DNA of 64,000 nucleotides from Octopus sinensis (Eukaryota): NCBI RefSeq assembly GCF_006345805.1, contig NC_043005.1, positions 3,472,001 to 3,536,000 of the forward strand, read 5' to 3'. Shown piece by piece: positions 1 to 55,750 of this stretch (position 1 is its first letter; each line of letters starts with the position of its first letter). The notes under the pieces were generated by a model. It saw only the letters and a program-made list of their open reading frames with translations, ran no database searches and was not told where the DNA came from. The position numbers and the translations under genes were made by a program.

Positions 1-1282
1 CTGTCGAAGACCTTGGAGTAGAGGAATAGATTAAAGACTGACATGGAACCTAGCATAAAAGGAAATATTGATAATGTCTAAAATATTAGTGAAGTAGAGA
101 TGAAAGCCTTGAGTTGTTTGTATAAAATCTCAGATATTTCTATTGTTGGGTGATGGTCAATGCAATGAAAACTTGTGTATAACAACAGTTGGTATTTTAG
201 TCATTGCTTTCTAGTTTGGGCAAGGAATTTTTCTCAAAAAACTTATTCCCATAATTCTTTCATATCTGTAAATGACATTAAATCATCATTAGTTCACATG
301 GTTATATGGAATGGCAGGCAGAGAGTTAGGTTTTCTGATTTTCATGTTTGACATTTGAGGACTTTGGTCTCCAATTATTCAAAATTACTAACAATAACAC
401 TAAAAAGATTGATACAAAGAGGGTAGGTATGACTAATCCAAAAGCGACCCTCCAGTCTATCTAACCCCTAAACAACAATTCTCTTTACATTTATTCTCCA
501 CTCCATATATTTATATTTTTAATGCTTTTTATATTCTTCATATGACAATACTGTTCTCTCTCTCTTCATTACACTCTAACTTGCCCTCCTTTCTTTTTCA
601 ACTGAAGTAGGTGTCTCTAGCAAGACACCTATCTCTGTACCTCTAGTCTCCTATCAATTGGCACAGCGCCACTACCCCCTCTACTACTTGCTCCTCCCAG
701 CTGAGGGGGACCATGTCTTAAAAGTTATTTGGTAACCCAGTCAGTGCTGATGCCACACAAAAAGCACTGGGGCAGGGCCCACATAGAAAGCACCTGGCAC
801 ACTGTGTAAAGTGGTTGGTGTTAGGAAGGGCATTCAGCTGTAGAAACCATACCAAAACAGACAAATGGAGCCTGGTGTGGTTCTTGGCCTTACCAGCTCC
901 TGTCCAACCCATGCCAGCATGGAAAAACAGACGTTAAACAATGAAGATGATATGTATGTATATATCCTACTCTCACTCATCCTATACTTTCTACTTTTTA
1001 ATATAAACTCATGTTAAAGTAAACCAAACAGCTTCATTACAAAACAAATGCTTGTGCACACACACACACACACACACACCTCTATCTTAATGTCCAATTC
1101 AATAACAGTGAATGTATTTAACATGAATGATTGTTGCAAGTAGTGAATCAAAAAACTACTTGAGATGAGTTTTTTTTTTTCTCCATGTCATCTCAAACGA
1201 CAATGATTTGTCCTCAGTTTTCTGCTCATCTATAATCATTGTGGCCTCTCTCTTAAAGACAATGATTATTGTTATTATTAAA

Positions 1283-2140
1283 GAGGCAAGCTGGCAGAAT
1301 CATTAGCATACTGGTTAAGATGCTTAGCAGCATTTTTTCCAGTTTTTTAGGTGTTAGGTTCAAATCCCACCAAAGGTTGGTTTTGCTTTTTGTCCTTTTG
1401 GGGTTGTCAATAAAATCAGCACCAGCTGAGTAACGGGGTCGATATAATTGGATCTGTCCCTTCTAAAATTACTAGCTTTGCACCAAAATTTCAAACCATT
1501 GTTATTATTATTATTATTATTATTAAGGTGGTGAGCTGGCAGAATTGTTAGTAGACTGGGTAAAGTGCTTAGTGGTATTTTGTCTGTCTTTACGTTCTGA
1601 GTTCAAATTCTGCCGAGGTCGACTTTGCCTTTCATCCTTTCGGGGTTGATAAATTAAGTACCAGTTGCATACTGGGGTTGATACTGGACCCCCCCCCCAA
1701 AAAAAAAATTTCAGGCCTTGTACCTAGAGTAGAAAAGATTACTGGGATAAATGCTTACCAGCATTTAGTCTGCATGTTCTGATTTCAAATTCCGCCAAGG
1801 TCAACTTTGCCTTTCATTCTTTCGAGGGGTCAATAAAACAAGTATCAGTTTTATCTGGGGTCAATGTAATTGACTATCACCCTCCAGAATTTCAGGCCTT
1901 ATGCCTATAATAGAAAGGATTATTAAGGAGACAACAAAAGCTGGCAGAATGGTTAGCACACCAGGCAAGATGTTCAGTGGCATTTTGTCCATCTTTATGT
2001 TCAAATGCCGCCAAGGCTGACTTTGCCTTACATCCTTTCAGGGTCAATAAAATAAGTACCGGTTGTGTACTGGGGTTGATGTAATCAACTTACCCCCTAC
2101 CCCCGAAATTGCTGGCCCTGTGCCAAAATTTGAAACTATT
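1283..2140 (+). mobile_element. Cluster of four tRNA-derived SINEs (family A, core GACTTTGCCTTTCATCCTTTCGGGGTCGATAAA)
   Basis: Head GAGCTGGCAGAA...GAGTTCAAATTCC with (ATT)n tails. More than 20 copies in the window, e.g. 7066-7465, 9855-10070, 12604-13020, 44400-45280, 46548-46945. Confidence 0.88.
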
Positions 2141-2885
2141 ATTATTATTAATAATATTATTATAATTATTATTATTTCTCTTTAACTGATGGGAACAGAC
2201 AGAAGAGTCTATTTTTTACTCCAATTGTGCAATGGCAGGTGAGAAATAATTTTTCTTAATATTTTCTTCGTTTATAATCTTTACTTGATGGAAACCTATT
2301 CATTTTTCTTTTTTAGCTTTCGCTAAATCCATTTCCTTTGATGTTTTATCTTTGCGAAAGCCAATCATCTATGTGTAATTTGTATTTCCTCTGTATGTGT
2401 GTGTGTGTGTGTGTGAAAATGGTAAGGTCAGATCTTAGGATGTTGAACCCCACAAACATGTTTGAAAGGTGAGTGATTAAACAAATGGTGATGATGACAA
2501 TGAGAGTGATATGTAAGTGTGTGTGTGTGCATATAGACCCATGTACATACTAATATAATGAAGGCACATACATCATATATATATATACATATATCACCGT
2601 GACCGACCAGGCTATCAGATGTTGCTACACATCGCTGGTCACTATGTGCTTCGCATTGTTTTAGCCTTCAAATGACGCCACCCCGCTGGCTAAGCGAGCA
2701 GGCCAACAGAAGAAAGAGTGAAAGTTGTGGTGAAAGAGACAGCAGGGACTGCCCCGCCCCTGCCAGAGCCTTGTGGAGCTTTAGATGATTTCGCTCAATA
2801 AACACAATGCCTGGTCTGGGAATCGAAACCGCGGTCCTACAGCCGCGAGTCCACTGCCCTAACCACTGGGCCAATACCCCTCCAC

Positions 2886-2960
<75 letters not shown>

Positions 2961-2962
<2 letters not shown>

Positions 2963-3163
2963 GGTGTTCAAAAAGTCTTTCTGCAGTGATTTTTTTTTTT
3001 TTAAGAGTCAACTTATCTATTGAAAATAAAGAACAACACTTTCAACACTTCTTGTAAGTTTTTTTAGAGTCTTGTAAAGTCTAATATATTCTTTTGTAGT
3101 CTTATACCATTTTATAAATTTGTTTTGCAATAAAACACTGCGGAGAGACTTTTTGAATACTCT
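2961..3163. mobile_element. Tc1/mariner-like MITE
   Basis: ~28-bp imperfect TIRs AGGGTGTTCAAAAAGTCTTTCTGCAGTG / CACTGCGGAGAGACTTTTTGAATACTCT, next to a (TA)n tract. Confidence 0.75.
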
Positions 3164-4425
3164 GTCTACACACATATACAGGCACAGGCATGGTAAGAGG
3201 CTTGCTTCCCAACTGCATGGTTCTGGGTTCAGTCCCACAGCATGACATCCTGGGCAGGTGTTTTCTTCTATAGCCTTGGATCTTGTGAGTCGATTTGCTT
3301 GACAGAAACTGAAAGAAGCCTGATATATGTGTGTGGGGGTTTATCCTCCACCACCTCTTGGCAACCAGTGTTTGTGTGTTTACATCCCTGTAACTTAGCA
3401 GTTTGGCAAAATAGACTAATAGAATAAACATCAGGCTTTAAAAAATTTAAGTACTGGGGTTAATTTGTTCAACTAAAATTCGAGGTGGTGCCCCAGCATG
3501 GCCACAGTCTAATGACTAAAACAAAGAAAAGATAAAATATCCCTTATAAACCTCAATCTGTGTGCAGGTAGATTGTTGAAAGCCTGATAAACTGTGGTAT
3601 TTGTCTTGAGAAAGCATCTCTTATAGACATACAGTGTTAAAAAATCACAGAAATTTATCAGTAGCAGACAACACTTGTCCCACAGCGGTGACAGTGGTGG
3701 TGATGTTGTTAAATATGCATTTCTGTGTGTTTGAGCTCAGTCAGTAGCAAGTATTCTCTGCCAACCACGTCCAAACAGAGCCAGCTGCTTTTGATATAAA
3801 ACACAGATTGCTGTTTTGAGCTAAAACTACTTCTGTCCCCCACAACAAATGTGTATGTGTATACCCACAAGCCATCATAAAGGAAAATGGAGAGCTATAC
3901 ATCTTCAAAACTTGCTTATTACAGTATTATTTTCATAAAATTCCAATCCGACACGTGTTTCTCCTGCATAAATGTCCTTTCATCTAGCTTCTATGTGCTC
4001 TTAGTTGTGTAATTGTTTATCTTGAACAATTCTCTATATTTCCTGTCAGTCAATGTGGTTAGTCATATCTGGAGTGTATCAAAGTACCTGTCCAGATTCC
4101 AAATCCCTATTCCTTTACCTTATGTGTGAGTGTGTGTGTTGGTTCTATTTGTTTCAGGTTCCATTTCACTGCATGTCACTGTGAACAAGGGTTTTTCTAC
4201 CAAAACCTTGTCAGTGGAACTGGATAATTGGCAACTGTGGGGAATGGCCTGCACATGTAAATTTAAAGGGCCTTCCTTGTCACTCTGCATTTGCTTGGGA
4301 GCTGGGGGTTATATAGTATTGAGGCTACCAGTGCTTGTTGGAATACTCAACTACAAACACTAAATCAGTGACTAGGTAGTCGCAACTCCAAGTGGAACAC
4401 TTATTTGTAAATATTGCTGAGAGAG

Positions 4426-4427
<2 letters not shown>

Positions 4428-4456
<29 letters not shown>

Positions 4457-5452
4457 CTGAACGAATTAGTTTGGTTATTTTACTGAAATTTGAAATAAAA
4501 ACTTTTTAAAATCTTCCTTAGTTTAAATATTTTATTTCTGCTCTTTTATTATTTCTCTCTCTTGTTCAGTCAGTTCCCTTCTTCCCCTGGAAATATTTCC
4601 AAGGCTTCTTTCATGGATTCCTCTCCTACATCCTTTTCTTTCTCCACCAACTTATTCCTCTCTTCACTCTTCTTCCCTTGCAGCACATTTTTCTTTAACA
4701 CATTTCAAACATGTCTTAATCCTTTTCTTCTTTTTTCTATCTTTGTTATTCTGCACATTTTTCTTTCTTGTCTTCATCAACAACTATAATCGCCATCTCT
4801 TCAATATTTTTATTCTATTCTTGTTTCATAAAATTTTTTTCTCTCCACGCTTTCAGTGTGTGCACTTGGTACATTCTATTAGCTTTGCCACTATCCCAAA
4901 ACATACATGTATGTGTGACTGTGATTACACACACCACACACACACACACACATTGCTGAACGAATTAGTTTGGTTATTTTACTGAAATTTGAAATAAAAA
5001 CTTTTTAAAATCTTCCTTAGTTTAAATATTTTATTTCTGCTCTTTTATTATTTCTCTCTCTTGTTCAGTCAGTTCCCTTCTTCCCCTGGAAATATTTCCA
5101 AGGCTTCTTTCATGGATTCCTCTCCTACATCCTTTTCTTTCTCCACCAACTTATTCCTCTCTTCACCTCTTCTTCCCTTGCAGCACATTTTTCTTTAACA
5201 CATTTCAAACATGTCTTAATCCTTTTCTTCTTTTTTCTATCTTTGTTATTCTGCACATTTTTCTTTCTTGTCTTCATCAACAACTATAATCGCCATCTCT
5301 TCAATATTTTTATTCTATTCTTGTTTCATAAAATTTTTTTCTCTCCACGCTTTCAGTGTGTGCACTTGGTACATTCTATTAGCTTTGCCACTATCCCAAA
5401 ACATACATGTATGTGTGACTGTGATTACACACACACACACACACACACACAC
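4428..5452. repeat. Near-perfect ~500-bp tandem duplication bounded by (CA)n
   Basis: TTGCTGAACGAATTAG at 4454 and 4953; GTGATTA(CA)n at 4921 and 5421; the copies appear to differ by a 1-nt indel. Confidence 0.95.
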
Positions 5453-6804
5453 TGAGGCTTTTGTGTGCTTGAATTTATGTCTACTTTGAATGTGTAAAAA
5501 CCAAGGCAAAAATTTGACAACCTGTGTTTTTTTTGTTTTTAAATATTTCCACAACCATTGGTCTTGCACTGTTTCCCAGCACTAACCTCACAACTATTTG
5601 GCTGTGATAACTTAATGAGAATTCCCCGTATATCTTACGTATCTCACAGCCCTACATCAAGTAATAATAGGAATGGTTCGTGTCCCTGGGCCCATGCCTG
5701 TAGCTTTCATTCTGTCACATGGATTTGATCCTACCCACCTCGACCTAATAGTTTCAAGGAGACAGCTTCAGACAGATGAAACCAAACCTATTCCCACTTT
5801 TCTGCTTAATGAACCCACCTTTACTACCTGTTAACGTAGGAAAGTAATATGTGGCTTAATATCAGTTGAGCTTCATCTTCTTTCATTGCTATTCTGTGTT
5901 CATTTTGCGGCATGCTCCCCCTACAATCTACAACTGGAAATATAGGGTCCCCATTTTAAAGACACACTATACCTTTTACTGGAACAGCTTTGGTTGTCTT
6001 TTCATACAAAGTGAGATGAACCTGTCCTTGAATATTTTCATCATCTCCAACTTGAGGAGTCAGTCTATCGTTTGTTTTGTTCTCTTTCGTATTTAGAGGC
6101 AGGCATGTGTCATTTAAAATTTGTTCAAATCCATTAAAAAGGAGTTTTGTTTTTCTGTTCCCTCCAGAAACGATGAGTAACAATATCAACGTTGCACCAA
6201 TCAACTACGCTCACTCTTTTCAAAAAAAACAAAAAATTGCCATTTTCATAGTGAAACCAAATATGGGGCCACAACAACCTGTGGAGTCATTTAGATGTCA
6301 AGTCTCTTTGGTTAGGGATCTGGAAGGGACAAACTGGGGGATGAATGGGACGAGATGACCTTAGCAATTCTTAGTTCAAGTTTTAAAGATAGGTAATAGA
6401 AGGAAAGGTAGGCAGATGTCCTGTAGTATGGACATAGAGTAAGATTTATTATGGTATGTCAGTGGTGGGGTGTGTGTGTGTGTTATAGTGTGTCTATGTT
6501 GATGTAATGAACCCTATAGTGGAAGAAGGAGATCTGGGGTAGGATGGTGTGGTGTGTTGCAGAGGTGGGATATGTTAGAGTATAACATTTAACTTTGTAT
6601 GTTTGCCTTGTATGACAGTGTTTGTTTTAGAATAATGTTAAGTAACCATCAGGCTATTTGCAATCACTTGTCCTTAAACATGGAACTACCTTAAGATTGT
6701 TCCATAAAATATACCCTTATCCTACCCTGCAAGCTTATGCAAATACAAAATACACTTATAAATGAATTTGTTTTCTTATTAAATTCTTGCCAGTTTGAAT
6801 GGAG

Positions 6805-6946
6805 CCGAGAGTGTAGTTTGTTTCAAACTACACTCACCCCCCCCCCCTCGTTAACGATTTAATATTTCAGTCGTCCGTTCTGTTATTGTTGCATCGCACT
6901 CTAACTCCACACATACAGGTATTCACATAGACACACCCAGGTGAGT
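6805..6946 (+). promoter_or_regulatory. Candidate promoter and first non-coding exon
   Basis: 12-bp inverted repeat (6809-6835), palindrome TCGTTAACGA (6848-6857), Inr-like TCAGTC (6867-6872), local CpG enrichment, consensus donor CAG/GTGAGT at 6940/6941. Confidence 0.4.
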
Positions 6947-7502
6947 TTTAGCTTGTAAATATATGCGACTACAAAGTAATAATCTCCAATCATGATTATG
7001 AAGATATGAACGAATTATTAACATCAACCTAATAATAATCATAATAATAATAATGGTAGTGATAAGGCAGCGAACTGGCAGGAACGTTAGCATCCTGGGC
7101 AAAATGCTTAGCGGTATTTTGTCTGCCGCTATGTTCTGAGTTCAAATTCCGCCGAGGTCGACTTTGCCTTTCATCCTTTCGGGGTCAATTAAATAAGTAC
7201 CAGTTACACACTGGGGTCGATATAATCGACTTAATCCGTTTGTTTGTCCTCTCTGTGTTTAGCCCCTTGTGGGTTGTAAAGAAATAGGTATTTCGTCTGC
7301 CGTTATGTTTTGAGTTCAAATACCACCGAAGTTGACTTTGCCTTTCATCCTTTCGGGGTCTATTAAATAAGTACCAGTTGCACACTGGGGTCGATCTAAT
7401 TGCCTACCCCACCCCCCACCCACCCCCACCCACAAAAATTTCAGGCCTTGTGCCTAGAGTAGAAAAAAATAATGGTGATGATGATTTTTTTTTTGTCTCC
7501 AG

Positions 7503-7551
7503 TGATCAGGTGTGCTACAGAATTGTGCATAGATGTAGAAAATTATACTGA
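7503..7551 (+). other. Candidate internal non-coding exon
   Basis: (T)n-gtctccAG acceptor ending at 7502 and GTATGT donor at 7552. Confidence 0.3.
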
Positions 7552-8451
7552 AGTATGTATGGAATGATTTGTGAGAATATTTTCCAAATTGTTGGTAAAC
7601 TGGCACCGGGAACGAAGCAAGTGTGGTGCCTTTGCTTGATTCTACTACTGTTATTCCAAGAGATCACAAGCTATAAAGGCATGGTTACAGCCTTGCATTT
7701 TGGCGTTTATATATTAGCCTCGTAACAGTATAAGAACTAAAAAGGAATGTTTAATATGATGGAGTGCATTTTCATGTTTAAAACAGAATCTTGAAGAAGG
7801 AATCCCAAACATATAGCACAAGTTTTTGGGGCCGTTAAAGGGACAGGTTTAGGTTCATCTATAGTCTCCATGTGTTGGTGTAATGGTAGTTATGTAGGGA
7901 ATTATGATTAATTTTAGGAGGTAAACTATGTAGGGAGATAATTGTGTTTGAAAATATATTTTGTTGTAAACTTTATGGTTGATTTGTTTGTTGTTTTATG
8001 TATTGTGTTGTTATTGTCTCTTGCCAGCTTTATTAGCGCTACTACTGTTTGAAGATTGAACAGTTACATTATAAAAGCACAATAGATTTAAAGTTCATTG
8101 ATTATTGAAGGGAGATCAATATTAGTAGCTGGATTTCAGGTGTTGAACTGCCAGAATCATTAGTTGGCCAAGCAAAATGCTTACCGGCATTTTGTCTGTC
8201 TTTATGTTCTGAGTTCAGATGCAGCTGGGGTTGACTTTACTTTCCATCCTTTCGGGGTCCATAGAAAACGTAACAACTGAATGCTAGGGGTTGATTTAAT
8301 TGACTTACCCCCCCCAAAAAAAAACTGCTGGCCTTGTGCCCATATTTGAAATTCAACTCTAGTGGAGACAACAAGGTAGAAATCAGTGATTGGTGAAATA
8401 TAACAACAATATTTAGTAACTTTTTAGGTTTGTGAAGTCTCTAGGGACTCC

Positions 8452-8658
8452 ATGATAAATGCTTTAAGGATGCTTTTTTTTCTTGCTTTTGTCCTCCTGA
8501 TATTAAAGTCGAGAGCCAGAACAATGAGACGCTGCTCTTACTACAACTGTATCAAAGAGTTTCTGTCAGATGATGCTCGGCTGTGCTGGAACAAATATTT
8601 GGTGACACAAAATGTATCGGTTTATAATACTGGGAACAAACCTTCTGTAATTTGTTGA
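8452..8658 (+). CDS. Candidate 68-aa secreted Cys-containing peptide precursor
   Basis: MINALRMLFFLAFVLLILKSRA signal-like N-terminus, then RTMRR and CSYYNC...C...C. An acceptor (taactttttAG, 8427) lies 25 nt upstream of the ATG. No homolog recognised. Confidence 0.35.
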   Translation: MINALRMLFFLAFVLLILKSRARTMRRCSYYNCIKEFLSDDARLCWNKYLVTQNVSVYNTGNKPSVIC

Positions 8659-9155
8659 TTGGTGATACAGCAATGGCTATTTTTATAATATTGGCATGTA
8701 TTAATCATTTGGAATAACATTTGGTGACACAGGGATATCACTGGGCAAAATGTTTGTTGGGAACACATCTTCATATTTGATGTTGATTGGTAATACAAGG
8801 ATAACTTTTCCTTTTGTGTAAAATTGGTGGGCAAAACAGGGATAACATTTTCTTCTCTCTAATATTGATTGGCAACTGAGGGTTAACCCATCTTCCTTCT
8901 GTCTGATATTGGTTAGAAATAATACAAGGGTAACAATTCCTCCAGAAAAAAAATGGTGATTTGTAACACAGAAATAACACTGCCTCCTATTAAATGCTGA
9001 TTGGCAACAGGGATAACCGTTCCTCATGTCAAATTTTGGTTGGTAACATAAGGACAATGCTTCCTCCTACCAAAAATGGTTTTTATTGGTGACGGGAATA
9101 AGATTCCCTGCCAAGCGTTGATTGACAACACAGGGATAATGCTTCCTGCCAAATG
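8590..9155. repeat. Degenerate ~40-45 bp minisatellite (consensus about TGATTGGYAACACAGGGATAAC...)
   Basis: At least 10 recognisable units, e.g. at 8719, 8785, 8867, 8958, 8999, 9038, 9120. Confidence 0.75.
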
Positions 9156-10809
9156 TCGGTAAAAGACACTTTTTGCTTTTTTATTTCATTTTTTTTTCAA
9201 TGAAAAAACACTTTTTTCGGCGTGTCTGTGTATATATTTTTAAATTCTCATCTGTCTGCTCTAAAAGTAGAGTATATTTGTTGGAGTGATGACGACGACG
9301 ACATTTTAGAATGAGACGGATGAGAGGAAGCTGGCAGGGATCAAGGCAGGGATGGGAATTCATGTCAGCTCAGTGTGTACGTCAGCGTCAGTGCATGTGT
9401 GCGTTCCTCGATGCATGCACAAACGTCTGTGAGTGTGTGTGTGTCTGGTTGTCGATGCCTCTTTCTATACACTTTGTATAGGTCACCCAGTCTGTATCAA
9501 TTCTTAATCCCCACCTCCCTCTCTCTCTCTCCAAGTATTTATGTACATCTGTCAATATGTAAATACAGACACACACATGCAGAAGAACATGTTTGATGTC
9601 AATTTGTGTAGAAATAAACTTTCAAAAAAATAATTTTAAAATTTGCTTTCTTTCCTTGTTTTCTGTTTCTGTTATTTTTAATACCAGTCATACATTGAGG
9701 TCAGTTTAATTGACTGCACCAGTTCTCTAAAGTATATAGTTTCAGACTGATGGAAGGGATCATCATTATTATAACAGCAGCCTGCCCCCAGATTTCGGGT
9801 TTTCTACCTAATCGTCATCGTCATCATTATTGTTATTATCAAAGGGCCAGGCAAGTCGAGCTGGCAGAATCATTAGCATGCTGGACAAAATGCTTAGTGG
9901 CATTTCATCTGTCTTTGTTCTGAGTTCAAATTCTGCCAAGGTCGACTTTGCCTTTCATCCATTTTGGGGTCAATAAAATAAGTACCAGTTGAGCACTGGG
10001 GTCAATGTAATCAACTTGACCCCTCCCCACAAATTTCAGGATTTGTGCCTATAAAAGAAAGGATTATTATTATGAAAGGGCAGTGGATTGATAGAACTGG
10101 TTATGTTAGACAAATGCCTTGTGGTATTAACTGTGTCCTTTTATGTTCTGAGTTCGTCTTTCCTGCTTCCACGGATGATAGAATAAACATCACTTCTGGC
10201 ACCCAGACAGCCAACTCTTCCCCTTTGTAGTCTTCTGCCTTTCATAGAGGTCATTATTATTGTTGTTGTTGTTATCGTTATTAAGGCAGAGAGTTGCTTC
10301 AGTTCCTCAATGGCTTCGACAAAATGCTTCTTTCGTCTGGCTCATGGCATTCTGAGTTCAGATTCCATTGATGTTCGCTTTACCTTTCATCCTTTTGGAA
10401 ACATTAACAAAGTACCAGTCAAACACTGAGGTCAGTGTAACTCGACTGTTCTTTCATCCAACATTTGTGACCGGGGCCTCTCTATGAAACCCTTTCAGCA
10501 TGAAGAAGGACAGTGCGTCGGAAGAAGTGTCCAAGTGTTGCCTGTTTTCTCATGGCCAAATGTTTTCAAGGAAGAGTTGAAATAAACAGCACCACTTCTA
10601 TGACAGTGAGGTTCACTTTCAACTATCAGGTAATCCAAGACAAGGGCACACCTACACACACTGGCCTTGTTTCAGCTTCTGTCTCTCCGATTCACTAAAA
10701 CCGCTTTGCTGCCATGAAGTGCATCTGGGCAAAGAAAACCTGCTCCAGCAAATTCAGCCAGACGTATGCAATCATGGAAACGATGATGATGATGACGATG
10801 CCATATATA

Positions 10810-11115
10810 CATTATTTACATTATTTACATTTGACGGATATTTGTCCTCATCTTGTTTCTTTGTTAACACAACCTTTTAGCTGATACACCCTCCTGCCTT
10901 CATCAGGTGTCTTGGGGAAATTTCGAACCAGGGTTCTCATTCCTAAGGTATTTTTCGATATTACTATCATTATTATTCAGGTCACTGCTTGGAATTGAAC
11001 TCAGAATCTTGGGGTTAGTAGCCCACACTCTTAACCACTACACCATATGCCCGTGGGACAAATATCCGTCAAATGTAAATAGTGTACATAATTCCTCATC
11101 TCTTAAATATAGAAC
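10810..11115 (-). mobile_element. Penelope-like terminal repeat fragment with degenerate hammerhead core; second copy at 16062-16210
   Basis: ACAC-CTGATGA-AGGC... on the minus strand; ~25-bp inverted repeat at 10823-10847 / 11056-11080. Confidence 0.55.
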
Positions 11116-12124
11116 TGGATGCTATATATAGTTTATTGTTCCATTGAGGAAGGATCAACAAATGAGTACTTCATCTGTTGAGAGATGAATATCATTTAAT
11201 GTAGACAGGAATGAAAATAAGAGCTGCGAATAGTTTCTTGCCTTTGAAACATGGATTTTTATTACATGCCTTGTATCTTCAAGCAATCATCAGGCTCTGG
11301 GCACATGGTTCAGATTGAAAATCAGGATACATGAGAAACCATGAGAAAAACAAGAAGGTCAATGCAAAAAGTGGATTGAGAAGATAAAGGGTGAATAAAA
11401 ACAGAAAAAAAAGGCAAGAAAAGAACATTAAGGTTACATCCCCTTTGATTGTAGAAATTGTGATTAAACTAATAAATGTAGAATAATTCAATGGAGAGGA
11501 GTTGAAAGTCCATGAGACAGTTATTCAATCCAGAGAGGATGGTGTCCTCCAGTTTGAGAACAGAAATTCGTCCATATGCTTTCACTATACTAATTTCAGA
11601 TCCAAAATTTTCAGCAAATATGAGCATATGGACAAATTACTTGGAGACACGAGGCATGTTATAAAAATCTGCCTAACCATGTCTCAATGGCAAAAAACTA
11701 TTGGTAGCTCTTATTTTAATATGGTGTACATTAAGTGGTATATGTGTGTGTGTGTGTATGTGCTGGTGCCACAAAAAGTACCCAGTACACTGCAAAGTGG
11801 TTGGTATTAGAAAAGGCATCCAGCCATAGAGGCCAAAGCAGACAATGGAATCTGTTGTGGCTGTCCCACTTGCTTTGCTCCTGTCAAACCGTCCAACCCA
11901 TGCCAGCATAGAAAGCAGATGTTAAAGGATGATTTTGATGATGATACACGCAGTATTTTTAATAAAAGTATAAAAAACTTATGTATTGAGTTCTTGGCTG
12001 TTTATTCAACCAACCTGTATCTGTATGTGTGTGTGTGTGTGTGTGTGTTATATGTAGTGGTGGTTATAGTGAATATAATACAGCCATAGTGACTAATGAT
12101 GGTGGTGGTGGTGATGATAGTCCG

Positions 12125-12130
12125 TTTATT
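12125..12130 (-). terminator. Candidate polyadenylation signal AATAAA of the metalloprotease gene
   Basis: tttatt on the + strand at 12125-12130, shortly downstream of the stop codon; a second one at 12001-12006. Confidence 0.5.
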
Positions 12131-12217
12131 GGTACATTTTGATGTCTGCTGTCAGTAAAGTTGGTGCTGACATTAGCTTCCTGTCATCCATAGTGTCACT
12201 TGGCATAAATTCTTCGT

Positions 12218-55168
<42,951 letters not shown>

Positions 55169-55222
55169 CTGTGGGAAAAGCAATGGTAGTAATAATAGCA
55201 GTGGTGGTGGTGGTGGTAATGT

Positions 55223-55288
<66 letters not shown>

Positions 55289-55289
55289 C

Positions 55290-55750
55290 TTGAAAGGTGA
55301 TCAGGAAATTGGTTGATTTCTTGAAGTTAGTGTTGCAGATTAGCATCACAGAATTCCAAAAGCTTTGTTCCCTCCTGGTTCCTTGAACGATCAGAATGTT
55401 GCTCAACATATTCACTGAAGTCACCAGACATGATAATAAGATCATTATCATGTGTTGTCTGCACGAAGGCCTTGTAGAACTGGTCCTTCAGTTCATCTGC
55501 CAATTCAGATTGTGGAGCAGATACAAAGAATTGGTCAAGTTACATTACCCTAAACTAGTCTAAGCTTCCTTATTCTATCACACACTAACTACCCTGATCA
55601 TTTATTCTACCCACTTCTCTGCCTGCTCCATTTAAAACATCACAAAGAATTTACATCTTTGTTCCTTGTCCATGAAGAATCTGGCAGAAGCTGTTCTAAG
55701 GTTGTGAACTTGTGAAGAAGAGTAAGTGGGTGGCTGGTGGACTTTTCAGC
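55290..55750 (-). mobile_element. Degenerate RTE LINE apurinic endonuclease fragment
   Basis: AEKWV..., DLIIMSGDFS..., RNQEGTKLLEFCDAN..CNTNFKK motifs. Confidence 0.8.

Noticed and set aside
5956-6358. Overlapping short ORFs, one with a hydrophobic start
   Set aside because: Non-ATG starts, no homology recognised, no supporting exon chain.
8590-9155. CRISPR-like array
   Set aside because: Eukaryotic context, highly degenerate repeats, related rather than unique spacers, and no cas genes.
55169-55451. N-terminal part of ORF 54855-55451 (MIMILLSCLV...poly-Thr) as signal peptide plus mucin-like stalk
   Set aside because: It is an alternative frame of an RTE endonuclease relic plus a (TAG)n microsatellite. 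A proper acceptor at 55169 defines the real exon.
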